A stretch of DNA of 51,199 nucleotides from an uncultured Methylococcaceae bacterium (GTDB lineage Bacteria; Pseudomonadota; Gammaproteobacteria; Methylococcales; Methylococcaceae), in NCBI GenBank assembly GCA_903911305.1, contig CAIWDB010000529.1, positions 1 to 51,199 of the forward strand, written 5' to 3'. Position numbers and translations under genes: made by a program. The notes beneath the pieces are model-generated. The model made no database searches. It was not told the origin of the DNA and saw only the letters and a program-made list of their open reading frames with translations. Below are positions 1 through 8,922 of the stretch, in pieces. Within the stretch, counting starts at the first letter, position 1. Every line of letters starts with the position of its first letter.

Positions 1-17
1 ATGAATATATGCAACAT

Positions 18-98
18 GTAGGAGCGGGCCACGCCCGCGATAAATAGCCTATTTTTGAAGACTTGGCCCAAACAATCGCGGGCATGGCCCGCTCCTAC
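18..98. repeat. REP-like GC-rich palindrome: 24-nt arms at 18..41 and 75..98, 33-nt spacer, one mismatch
   Basis: Arm 1 is gtaggagcgggccacgcccgcgat. The reverse complement of arm 2 (atcgcgggcatggcccgctcctac) differs from it at one base. That mismatch becomes a G.U pair in the minus-strand (trmL-sense) transcript. The element lies 3' of trmL. Confidence 0.6.
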
Positions 99-213
99 GG
101 ATCAAATAAAGTAATCAATTGATATTGAAAACGCTGTAACTGACAAATCTATCCGTTTACAAGGTTTTGTCATTCAAGCTTTTGATCAAAAATAAAATAT
201 CATCCTACTAAAC

Positions 214-702
214 TTAAGGGCAAATAATTTCGCCCCTACTTCCTGCATATCCGCACTGCCGCCAAGCCTCGTACATCACCAAGGCCACGGCATTGGACAG
301 GTTGAGGCTGCGGCTTTCCGCCACCATGGGTACATAAAGCTGTTGTTCGGCAGGCAGCGACTCGCGCACAGCGATGGGCAAGCCTCGCGTCTCTGGCCCA
401 AATAGGAACGCATCGCCCGATGTGTATTCCGGCTGGTCGTAACGGCATCGCCCTTTGGTGGAAAGCGCAAAAAGGCGATTCGGTTGAACCAGGCTCAAGC
501 AATCGGTGAACGAGTCATGCACTTTGACATTCGCCCACTCGCGGTAATCCAAACCCGCACGGCGAAGCTTCTTGTCGTCCAAGTCGAAGCCCAAGGGTTT
601 GATCAGATGGAGGTTTGCGCCCATATTGGCGCACAAGCGGATGATATTGCCGGTATTCGGCGGGATTTCAGGCTCGTAAAGCAGGACGCTAAACATTGGC
701 AA
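214..702 (-). CDS. trmL: tRNA (cytidine/uridine-2'-O)-methyltransferase TrmL (SpoU/TrmH family)
   Basis: 162-aa ORF. The N-terminus [24 protein letters not shown] and the C-terminal [18 protein letters not shown] knot motif match the TrmL pattern as I recall it. The start could be Met1 or Met3. Confidence 0.85.
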   Translation of the reverse strand: MPMFSVLLYEPEIPPNTGNIIRLCANMGANLHLIKPLGFDLDDKKLRRAGLDYREWANVKVHDSFTDCLSLVQPNRLFALSTKGRCRYDQPEYTSGDAFLFGPETRGLPIAVRESLPAEQQLYVPMVAESRSLNLSNAVALVMYEAWRQCGYAGSRGEIICP

Positions 703-757
703 GTCTCAAGTGAAAACCGACCCGGTCTGGTGACCGAGTCGGTTTGCCGAATGGGGT

Positions 758-3277
758 TTATTTCCCCGGCAGAGCGGAAACTGTCTGCAATTTCCAAATG
801 TCGCGGTTGTATTCGCCGATCGTCCGATCAGTGGAAAACTTGCCGCTGGCCGCAGTGTTGAGGATGCTCATCTTCGTCCAAGCCTCTTGGTCGCGATATG
901 CCTCGGCGGCGACGCGCTGCGCCTTGACATAACTGTCAAAATCCGCTGCGGTCATCCATGGATCATGTGGGTTGCGAACTGACATGATAATAGGGTCAAA
1001 AATCCCCGGCTCAAATTTGTTGAAGTGGCTAATTTCCAAATAATGCATGACCTTCCTGAAGTCATCGTTGGCAGAAATGATGCCATTGGGGTCATAGTTG
1101 CCACGGGTGCGTTCCACTTCTTCCGCTGTCAGGCCGAATAAGAAGAAATTCTCATCGCCCACTTCCTCGCGAATCTCAATGTTGGCACCGTCCAAGGTTC
1201 CTATAGTCATCGCCCCGTTAATCATGAACTTCATGTTCCCAGTGCCAGACGCCTCCTTGCCAGCGGTGGAAATTTGTTCGGACAGGTCCGTGCCCGCACA
1301 AATGACTTCCATTGCGGAAACCCGGTAATTAGGCACAAAAACCACGCTCAACAAGCCATCAGCGGCTGGATCATTGTTGATGACCTTGGCGATATTGTTG
1401 ATGAGTTTGATGATGAGCTTGGCCATGAAATAGCCCGGAGCAGCCTTACCCCCAAACAACACACAACGAGGCGTCCAGTTGGCAGTATCTCCGCGCTTGA
1501 TCCGGTCATAGAGATGAATCACATGCAGCGCATTCAATAACTGCCGTTTGTATTCATGGATGCGTTTGACCTGCACATCGAACAACATATTCGGACTGAC
1601 CCGCTCAATGCCAAATTCATTTTTCTTATACTCCAACAAGCGCTCTTTGTTTTCTCGCTTGATCTGTCGCCAACGCGCACGAAATTTGGCATTCTCCGCG
1701 TAAGGTGCCAACTTGCTTAATTGGTCCAAATCAGTGACCCACCCGTCGCCTATGGTTTCGGTTATCAAGGCAGACAACTTGGGGTTACACCAAGCCAGCC
1801 AGCGACGAGGGGTGACGCCGTTGGTTTTATTGTTGAACTTCTGCGGCCACAATTCATAAAAATCACGGAACAAGCCTTGCTTCAACAAGTTCGAGTGCAA
1901 TTCAGCCACACCGTTGACGGAATAACTGCCGACAATAGCAAGAAATGCCATACGCACTTGCTGCTCCCATCCTTCTTCGATCAACGACATGCGAGCCATG
2001 CGGTCAAAGTCACCAGGCCAGCGGTTGGACACCTCACCCATGAAACGGGCATTGATGTCGAAGATAATTTCCAACAACCGGGGCAACAACTGCCTAAACA
2101 GACGCACCGACCAGCGCTCCAACGCTTCCGGTAACAGCGTGTGGTTGGTGTAGGCCATAGTCTTGCTGGTGATGGCCCAAGCCTCGTCCCATTGAATGTC
2201 ATGCTCATCAATCAAGATTCGCATCAATTCTGCAACGGCGATGCTGGGATGAGTGTCATTTAATTGGAAGCAATTTTTCTCGGCAAACTGATTAAAATTC
2301 TTGCCATATTTGCGTATCCACAACCGGATCGCATCTTGCAAACTGGCGGAGGCCAACAAATACTGCTGACGTAAACGCAGTTCCTTACCGTTTTCGCTGG
2401 CATCATTCGGATACAGCACCATGGTGATATTTTCAGCGGTGTTCTTTGCCGCCACAGATTCAGAATAACTGCCCGCATTGAACTCGCCTAGGTCGAATTC
2501 ATCGGTTGCGGCAGACTTCCACAAACGCAAGGTGTTGACTGTGCCATTCTGGAAACCAGGAACCGGAATGTCATAAGGAACCGCCAGCACATCATGAGTG
2601 TCCACCCAAACGACCCGTTTGACACGACCGGGGCCTTCTTGGACTTCGGTACGCCCACCAAAGCGAATGCGCTGGATTAATTCGGGGCGCTCGATTTCCC
2701 ATACATGACCGTTACGCAACCAATGGTCGGGCTCCTCGACTTGATTGCCGTCTTCGATGTTCTGGCGAAACATTCCATATTCATAGCGCAAGCCATAGCC
2801 CATCACCGGCAGTTGCAAGGTGGCGCAACTGTCAATAAAGCAAGCCGCCAACCGGCCCAAGCCGCCATTGCCCAAACCGGCATCAGGTTCGCTGTCAATC
2901 AACTCTTCCATGTCCAAACCCAAATCGTGCAATGCTTTATGCAAGGGGTTTTCCAATCCCAAGTTGAGCATGGCATTGCCTAGGGTTCGGCCCATCAGGA
3001 ACTCCAGCGACAAATAATAGGCGCGCTTGCTATCGCCTTCCTCGTAAGCATACGCGGTGTTTTTCCAGCGCTCCATCAAGCGGTCGCGCACCGCCAAAGC
3101 AAGTGCGGTATAGCTGTAATGGGCGGATTTGCAGTTTTTGTCGCGGCCTAAGGTGTAGTTGAAATGGCGGCTGATGTCTTCTGCCAAAGAACCGGCATCC
3201 ATCCCTAACGGTGGTTTTTCTGTCAAGGCAGGCGTTGGCGTGCTATTGATGAGCGATTTACTAATCATGGGTTGCAT
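758..3277 (-). CDS. glgP: glycogen/maltodextrin phosphorylase (GT35)
   Basis: 839-aa ORF with the PLP-lysine signature EASGTGNMKFMINGA. It also has the conserved LGNGGLGRLAACF and RxAYTNHTLLPEALE blocks typical of alpha-glucan phosphorylases. Confidence 0.92.
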   Translation of the reverse strand: MQPMISKSLINSTPTPALTEKPPLGMDAGSLAEDISRHFNYTLGRDKNCKSAHYSYTALALAVRDRLMERWKNTAYAYEEGDSKRAYYLSLEFLMGRTLGNAMLNLGLENPLHKALHDLGLDMEELIDSEPDAGLGNGGLGRLAACFIDSCATLQLPVMGYGLRYEYGMFRQNIEDGNQVEEPDHWLRNGHVWEIERPELIQRIRFGGRTEVQEGPGRVKRVVWVDTHDVLAVPYDIPVPGFQNGTVNTLRLWKSAATDEFDLGEFNAGSYSESVAAKNTAENITMVLYPNDASENGKELRLRQQYLLASASLQDAIRLWIRKYGKNFNQFAEKNCFQLNDTHPSIAVAELMRILIDEHDIQWDEAWAITSKTMAYTNHTLLPEALERWSVRLFRQLLPRLLEIIFDINARFMGEVSNRWPGDFDRMARMSLIEEGWEQQVRMAFLAIVGSYSVNGVAELHSNLLKQGLFRDFYELWPQKFNNKTNGVTPRRWLAWCNPKLSALITETIGDGWVTDLDQLSKLAPYAENAKFRARWRQIKRENKERLLEYKKNEFGIERVSPNMLFDVQVKRIHEYKRQLLNALHVIHLYDRIKRGDTANWTPRCVLFGGKAAPGYFMAKLIIKLINNIAKVINNDPAADGLLSVVFVPNYRVSAMEVICAGTDLSEQISTAGKEASGTGNMKFMINGAMTIGTLDGANIEIREEVGDENFFLFGLTAEEVERTRGNYDPNGIISANDDFRKVMHYLEISHFNKFEPGIFDPIIMSVRNPHDPWMTAADFDSYVKAQRVAAEAYRDQEAWTKMSILNTAASGKFSTDRTIGEYNRDIWKLQTVSALPGK

Positions 3278-3494
3278 ATACTACGATGCTAGGTTGAAAA
3301 TAGGGGTAAGGGTTGTATAAGCAAAAAACATTCCTCCTATGCAAATTGCTAGAAAAATGCTGGCTTCCCACCCTAACCGTTCAGAATAGTCGATATTATC
3401 TCACTAAAACGGTGCATTGTTGAACAGAAAGAGTGAAGAGCCGACATTCTAGTAAACCATACCCCTATAACACTTTATTTTTTCAGGTTTTAAT

Positions 3495-3511
3495 GATTGA
3501 TAAAATCAATC
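3495..3511. promoter_or_regulatory. perfect 17-nt palindrome GATTGATAAAATCAATC, a candidate regulator-binding site
   Basis: The 7-nt arms gattgat/atcaatc are exact reverse complements with a 3-nt spacer. The site lies about 170 nt upstream of the sigma-54-like -12 element at 3682, a usual distance for an enhancer-binding-protein UAS. A second imperfect inverted repeat, ttgaatgc-N10-gcaattcaa, lies at 3519..3545. Confidence 0.3.
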
Positions 3512-3668
3512 GTGTGACTTGAATGCGGTCTATGGTGCAATTCAACAGACTAAATGGTTTAAAAAAACCACTTCGTTTTGTGAGCGAGCGCATGCTTACC
3601 AGACAATAAACGTCAGACCGTTGATTTTGTTGCGAAAGTGAAAAGTTAACCAGATGGATCGACAAACA

Positions 3669-3684
3669 CGGCATAGATTCTGCA
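3669..3684 (+). promoter_or_regulatory. candidate sigma-54 (-24/-12) promoter for the SulP gene
   Basis: The sequence is cGGCAtagattcTGCA. The GG and GC dinucleotides are separated by exactly 10 nt, as in the TGGCAC-N5-TTGCW consensus. The GC lies 45 nt upstream of ATG 3728. A sigma-54 activator gene is encoded just downstream on the same strand. Confidence 0.4.
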
Positions 3685-3727
3685 CAGTATTTATTCTACT
3701 TATACACTCTTGAGTGACTTCATCCTT

Positions 3728-5389
3728 ATGGCAAACCCAATCATCGTCCCCGAAGCCCCTAAAACTGGCTTCGCCGGTTTAGTGCAGAATTGGCAATACG
3801 ATGCCATGTCTGGTTTTTTGGTCTTTCTGATTGCGCTACCTTTGTGCCTTGGCATTGCCATGGCATCAAACTTCCCACCCCAAGCCGGTATTATCACCGC
3901 CATCATAGGCGGCCTATTAGTGTCACGCATTAATGGGTCATTTGTCACCATCAACGGCCCTGCCGCAGGCTTGATCGTGGTGATTTTCGATTCCGTGCAG
4001 GAACTAGGGAAAGGCGACGCGATGGCCGGGTACAAATACACCTTGGCTGCCATCGTCTGTGCAAGTGTCATCCAAACCTTGATGGGTTATTTCAAAGCGG
4101 GAAAACTTAGTGCCTTCTTCCCTTCATCGGTTGTGCATGGCATGTTGGCCGCCATCGGCATCATCATTATGTCCAAGCAGATTCATACTCTGCTGGGCGT
4201 TAAACCCGATGCGAAAACACTTTTCGAAACCATAGGCCAGATTCCCCATAGCTTCATTGAGTTAAACCCCGAGGTGGCATTCATTGGAGGGGTGGGCCTT
4301 ATGATTTTGATTATCTGGTCATTTTTAAAGAACCGCTATTTGAAGATGATACCGGGTCCGTTGGTGGTAGTAGTGGTGGGCTTGGTGCTTGGGCAGTATT
4401 ACGATTTGGATCATGAGCATATTTATATGTTTTTGCATGACGATCCCATCCTGCCTCATCACGAATTCACCATTGGACCTAAATTCCTAGTGGCTATTCC
4501 TGAACATTTCATGGCTGGCTTCTCCTTCCCAGATTTCTCCTTGATTGGCACATTGGAATTCTGGGAACAAGTGATCACCATATGCCTAGTCGGCAGCTTG
4601 GAAAGCTTACTAAGTGCAGCGGCGGTGGACAAACTCGACACTTATAAACGCTATTCCGACCTCAATAGAGACTTGACAGCCGTTGGTATCGGCAACACCA
4701 TTTGCGGAATGGTGGGCGGCTTACCGATGATAGCAGAAATCGTCCGTAGTTCCGCCAATGTCAACAACGGTGGACGGACAGCGTGGGCAAACTTTTTCCA
4801 TGGGGCTTTCTTACTTGTTTTCGTGGCTTTGTTTCCTAGGCTGATCCACGAGATTCCGTTGGCATCACTGGCCGCTTTGCTGGTTTTCACCGGGTACAAA
4901 TTGGCATCGCCTCACGAATTCAAAAAGATTATGGAAGTTGGGTACGAACAATTAGTGGTGTTTGTGATCACTATCATCGGCGTGTTGGCAACCGACTTGC
5001 TAATTGGCGTGGCCATCGGAATGGTTGCCGAATTCATCGTTCACTTGTTGCGTAGTGTCAATTGGCGGGATGTTCTCAAGCTATATTTTGAAACCAAGGA
5101 AATTGAGCCAGGGGTATTCCGCATATCCATTGACGGTGCTGCCTTCTTTGCCAACTTCCTATCCCTGAAAAGCGAATTGTCAACTATGCCAGAAGGTAAA
5201 ACTCTGATTTTTGATTTTTCAGAAGCGGAAACGGTCGATCACACTGTCATGGAGTTTATCCATGACTTTTGTGAGGACTATGAGCGTCGTGGCGGGCATT
5301 TCCAAATTCGAGGCTTGGATCATCATATTGCATCTTCCGACCATCCTTTGGCTGCACGCAAACGCGCATCTGTGGCAGGACAGTTTTGA
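3728..5389 (+). CDS. SulP-family anion transporter with C-terminal STAS domain
   Basis: The ORF-track frame is 3710..5389. I prefer ATG 3728 (MANPIIVPEAPKTGFAGL...) over the TTG at 3710. The protein is multi-pass hydrophobic, with the SulP-like blocks LSGFLVFLIALPLCLGIAMAS and GGLPMIAEIVRSSANV. A soluble C-terminal domain of about 120 aa (VFRISIDGAAFFANF...TLIFDFSEAETVDHTVMEF) is typical of STAS. Confidence 0.85.
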   Translation: MANPIIVPEAPKTGFAGLVQNWQYDAMSGFLVFLIALPLCLGIAMASNFPPQAGIITAIIGGLLVSRINGSFVTINGPAAGLIVVIFDSVQELGKGDAMAGYKYTLAAIVCASVIQTLMGYFKAGKLSAFFPSSVVHGMLAAIGIIIMSKQIHTLLGVKPDAKTLFETIGQIPHSFIELNPEVAFIGGVGLMILIIWSFLKNRYLKMIPGPLVVVVVGLVLGQYYDLDHEHIYMFLHDDPILPHHEFTIGPKFLVAIPEHFMAGFSFPDFSLIGTLEFWEQVITICLVGSLESLLSAAAVDKLDTYKRYSDLNRDLTAVGIGNTICGMVGGLPMIAEIVRSSANVNNGGRTAWANFFHGAFLLVFVALFPRLIHEIPLASLAALLVFTGYKLASPHEFKKIMEVGYEQLVVFVITIIGVLATDLLIGVAIGMVAEFIVHLLRSVNWRDVLKLYFETKEIEPGVFRISIDGAAFFANFLSLKSELSTMPEGKTLIFDFSEAETVDHTVMEFIHDFCEDYERRGGHFQIRGLDHHIASSDHPLAARKRASVAGQF

Positions 5390-5437
5390 ACCATACCGCT
5401 ACCCGTAACCAGTTTTCTGTCGAGCTTATTCCTACCA

Positions 5438-6973
5438 ATGCAAAGCTCTGACATTTTCACTGAACACACAGTCGGATTATCTTCCAGGCCAGATTCACCG
5501 TTGTTGTATAATCCGACCATGCCACTTTCCAAACGCAACGCAAAAAACTTGCTGGATCGCCCTGCGCGTCTCAGGGCTCTGGCCCTACTGGCCCTGCTAT
5601 CTTCGGTACTGGCCATACTGGTCGGCATGATCTGGCGCAACCATTTGCGCCTGGACAAGGTGCAAGTCTATGTAGGCTATTCGCACAGTATTCAAGATGC
5701 CGGTTTGAACCTCCAGCAAGCGTTGATGGATGTAATGTCTGGGGGGGCGATTGGATTGGAGCAATTAGAAACCATATCCGCGAAAATACTTAGCCTGTCT
5801 AAGAAACAAGCCCATCTTTCACCGAATACCCCAGACATGCTTCGCCGGGTCAATGCCTCACTAGCCAAAGTCGATGAGGAATCACCTGACCAAGGCAGGG
5901 CCGAATTGTTTGAGGCATTACGGGAAATGCACGAAATCCTCGACACCGAAACCGAGCAACGAGAAAGATTAATGGTGAAGGTGAGCCGGGAAGCGTTAAT
6001 CGAATTGGCGTTAGCAACGTTGATCTTGCCCGTGATACTGCTGTTGACGTGGCTGTTCCTGCGCCGACGCATACTCAATCCTTTGCATGATTTGCGGCAT
6101 TTGCTGCTCAAATTGGCAAAGGAAGAATTCACCCCGATAGTGACCGACCATCTCGACCCTTTGTTGCTGCCTGTGTTCAACAGCTATAACTATATGGTCA
6201 TCCATTTAAGCGAGTTGGAGGAAATCAAACGGATGCATGCGCAATCCTTGGAAGCTGAAATCCGCTCGGCCACTCAAGCCCTATTGGAACAACAGCGCAG
6301 CCTAGCCAATGCTGAAAAGTTGGCGGTTGTAGGGGAATTGGCCGCCAGCCTTGCCCATGAACTACGAAATCCTCTGGCCGGCATACAAATGAGCTGTGCC
6401 AACTTGCGAAAAGAAATCAACGATAAAGATCAGTGTGACCGGCTGGATCTGATTGGTGCGGAACTAAAGCGCATGGCCCGCTTGCTCAATGAGTTGTTAG
6501 ACCAGGGCAAGCAAACACCTCTCGCTTCGACGCGTTTCAACCTTGCCATCTTGGTGAAAGAATTATTGGCTTTGACCCGATATCAGATCACTCCCGAAAT
6601 TGAATTATTGTATGATATTCCTAATAATCTTGAATGTTACCTACCCAGCGGTGGTTTGCAACAGGCAATGCTCAATTTGGTACTCAACGCTGCTCAAGCC
6701 ATGGACAAAAAATCCGGCAAAGTGCAAATTAATGCTCACTGCGAGGAAAGCAATCTCATAATTGACGTTTCCGACGACGGCCCCGGCTTTAGTGAAGAAA
6801 TACTGAACCATGGCATTCGCGCCTTCAGCACCAGCCGCATTCGCGGAACTGGTTTAGGCTTGGCGATGGTTCAACGCTTTGCCCGCGATTTGGGCGGACG
6901 AATCGAGCTATCTAATCTTCTCCCTTACGGCGCCAGAGTAAGGGTGATCCTCCCCTGCAATAAAATCCTATGA
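5438..6973 (+). CDS. membrane sensor histidine kinase (HisKA + HATPase_c)
   Basis: It has the H-box SLAHELRNPLAGI, N-box LNLVLNAAQAM, G1 DDGPGF and G2 GTGLGLAM. Two predicted TM segments flank an extracytoplasmic region of about 125 aa. The stop overlaps the next gene's start (ATGA). The true start may be the internal Met at 5519. Confidence 0.85.
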   Translation: MQSSDIFTEHTVGLSSRPDSPLLYNPTMPLSKRNAKNLLDRPARLRALALLALLSSVLAILVGMIWRNHLRLDKVQVYVGYSHSIQDAGLNLQQALMDVMSGGAIGLEQLETISAKILSLSKKQAHLSPNTPDMLRRVNASLAKVDEESPDQGRAELFEALREMHEILDTETEQRERLMVKVSREALIELALATLILPVILLLTWLFLRRRILNPLHDLRHLLLKLAKEEFTPIVTDHLDPLLLPVFNSYNYMVIHLSELEEIKRMHAQSLEAEIRSATQALLEQQRSLANAEKLAVVGELAASLAHELRNPLAGIQMSCANLRKEINDKDQCDRLDLIGAELKRMARLLNELLDQGKQTPLASTRFNLAILVKELLALTRYQITPEIELLYDIPNNLECYLPSGGLQQAMLNLVLNAAQAMDKKSGKVQINAHCEESNLIIDVSDDGPGFSEEILNHGIRAFSTSRIRGTGLGLAMVQRFARDLGGRIELSNLLPYGARVRVILPCNKIL

Positions 6974-8370
6974 ATACAGGCAGTTTACTCGTTATCGAAG
7001 ACGAACCGCTGTTGGGTGCGGAAATCAACCGTCATTATCGAAAGGGCGGTTGGGAAGTAGAATGGGCCACTAGCATTGAGCAGGCGAGAAAACTCCTGCT
7101 AAGGGAGGGCTTCGATCCCTTGTTAGTGCTATCCGATATGAATTTGCCTGATGGAAATGCGCTAGATTTAATGGAAGACGTGCGCCTAAAACAAGCCTAT
7201 GCAGAATGGATATTCCTTACCGGATATGGCAGCGTTCCCGACTCGGTGCGGGCACTGCGCCTTGGGGCATATGACTTTTTGGAAAAACCCTGCGACCTTG
7301 AACGCTTGGACATGGTCGTCGCCAGTGCGGGAAGAAGTGCCAGTGCCCAGCGCCGCCTGATCGAACACGCCCAGCAGCGACACAAGCGTTATACCCCCAA
7401 TGCATTTGTCGGTCAAAGCAAGGCCGCCCAAAATGTCCGTGCATTGTTGGAACGTTTAACCCAAGTTCCATTTAGCGCCTTGGTCATCGGAGGGGAAACC
7501 GGGACAGGCAAAGGCTTGGTCACTAGAATTTTGCACTATGCCGGGCCCCACTCGCAAAATCCATTGATTGAATTGAATTGCGCGGCATTGCCTAGGGAAT
7601 TGTTGGAGTCAGAACTGTTTGGTCACGAGGCGGGTGCTTTCACAGGAGCGACGGGGCGGCATCGTGGGCTGATTGAACAGGCCGACGGCGGGACTCTGTT
7701 CTTGGATGAAATTGGCGAAATGCCTTTAGATTTGCAGGCCAAGTTGCTGAAAGCCATCGAAGATCGCAAGATTCGAAGACTGGGTAGCGAGCGTGAAATT
7801 TCAGTTGGCGTGCAAATTGTCGCCGCCAGCAACCGTGACCTGGAAAAAATGTCGCGCGATGGGGAGTTTCGCTCGGATTTATATCATCGCCTCTGCGTAT
7901 TCCGTCTTAATCTGCCGCCCCTGCGTGACATCAAGGAGGATTTGGAGCAACTGTTGCCCCTTTTGGTGGCCGAATTTAACGCTAAGTCAGGCAGACAGGT
8001 CCGTCACATCAGCGATGAAGTCTGGAATGAATTGCGTAACCACGACTGGCCTGGCAATGTGCGCGAACTGCGCAATGTTGTGGAGCGATGTGTATTGTTT
8101 TCGGAAGGGTCAAATTTTCCAGTGCAATGGCTACAACTTCCCGGGCATCAGAATAGAGCACCCAAGCCAATAGAGGATGACGAGCGTGATGTCATTTCCA
8201 TTCCGTTGGATGGCAGCATGAACTTGGACGATATGGACCGCCATATCATTGAATTTGCGCTGGAGCGCACTAAGCACAATACCGTGGCGGCGGCCCGCGC
8301 TTTGGGTACATCCCGCGAGACGCTGCGTTACCGCATTAGAAAATACGGCATCAAAACACCAGACCGGTGA
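6970..8370 (+). CDS. sigma-54-dependent response regulator (NtrC family enhancer-binding protein)
   Basis: The receiver domain carries the phospho-acceptor context LVLSDMNLPDG. The AAA+ domain has Walker A GETGTGKG, the sigma-54 contact loop GAFTGA and Walker B LFLDEIGEM. The C-terminal Fis-type HTH reads AAARALGTSRETLRYRIRKYGI. Confidence 0.92.
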   Translation: MNTGSLLVIEDEPLLGAEINRHYRKGGWEVEWATSIEQARKLLLREGFDPLLVLSDMNLPDGNALDLMEDVRLKQAYAEWIFLTGYGSVPDSVRALRLGAYDFLEKPCDLERLDMVVASAGRSASAQRRLIEHAQQRHKRYTPNAFVGQSKAAQNVRALLERLTQVPFSALVIGGETGTGKGLVTRILHYAGPHSQNPLIELNCAALPRELLESELFGHEAGAFTGATGRHRGLIEQADGGTLFLDEIGEMPLDLQAKLLKAIEDRKIRRLGSEREISVGVQIVAASNRDLEKMSRDGEFRSDLYHRLCVFRLNLPPLRDIKEDLEQLLPLLVAEFNAKSGRQVRHISDEVWNELRNHDWPGNVRELRNVVERCVLFSEGSNFPVQWLQLPGHQNRAPKPIEDDERDVISIPLDGSMNLDDMDRHIIEFALERTKHNTVAAARALGTSRETLRYRIRKYGIKTPDR

Positions 8371-8375
8371 TAAGA

Positions 8376-8693
8376 TTAACAACTGGCGGAGAAATAACCC
8401 AGTGGCCGCACAAATGTATAGGCATAGGGAATGCCGACCAAAACCTTGCCCACCCTGTCAAACGCATTATGAGGCTCGGGGATGTTGGCGATGGCGGTGA
8501 ATGGAGACAAGCCTATGAACAATGCGCCACCGGCAATCGTTCCCGCAAGGCCCACTGGCCGAATGACAATCACATCGGTCAACAAATTAAGGGCTTCATT
8601 TTTCGGTTTGCAACCATTGCCATATTCCGCCTTCGCTTGCAAGGAAGCCAATGCCAGCAGGACTATCAGTAACACCGACTTTGAACGTTTCAA
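8376..8693 (-). CDS. small conserved exported/membrane protein of unknown function
   Basis: 105 aa. The N-terminal signal peptide is MKRSKSVLLIVLLALASLQAKA. A hydrophobic stretch IRPVGLAGTIAGGALFIGLSPF and a C-terminal YTFVRPLG follow. This resembles a recurrent ~100-aa proteobacterial family that I cannot name. Confidence 0.5.
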   Translation of the reverse strand: MKRSKSVLLIVLLALASLQAKAEYGNGCKPKNEALNLLTDVIVIRPVGLAGTIAGGALFIGLSPFTAIANIPEPHNAFDRVGKVLVGIPYAYTFVRPLGYFSASC

Positions 8694-8922
8694 CGTTAAC
8701 TCTCCACTTCTAAGGATTAAGTAATGGGTTTAATTGTAACGTGTGGCAGACCGAGTGGTGAAAAAAAATCAAACTTAGGGCTTACAGCAGGATAATGATG
8801 GGGCATAAAAGCAAGCCATTACGTGACAGCCTTTACCGAGGTTTAACATCAGTAAGTAAACAAGGCATTGCCAAAGCGTTACAATATAGGCTTAAACATT
8901 CACCCATCCATTGAGGACCCCG

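Noticed and set aside
484-932. Plus-strand ORFs 484..861 and 744..932, overlapping trmL and the 3' end of glgP.
   Set aside because: They are antisense to two well-supported genes and have no recognisable domain.
3497-3509. Reading the palindrome as an FNR/CRP-type box (TTGAT-N4-ATCAA).
   Set aside because: The half-sites TTGAT/ATCAA are separated by 3 nt, not 4, so it is one base short of the canonical geometry.
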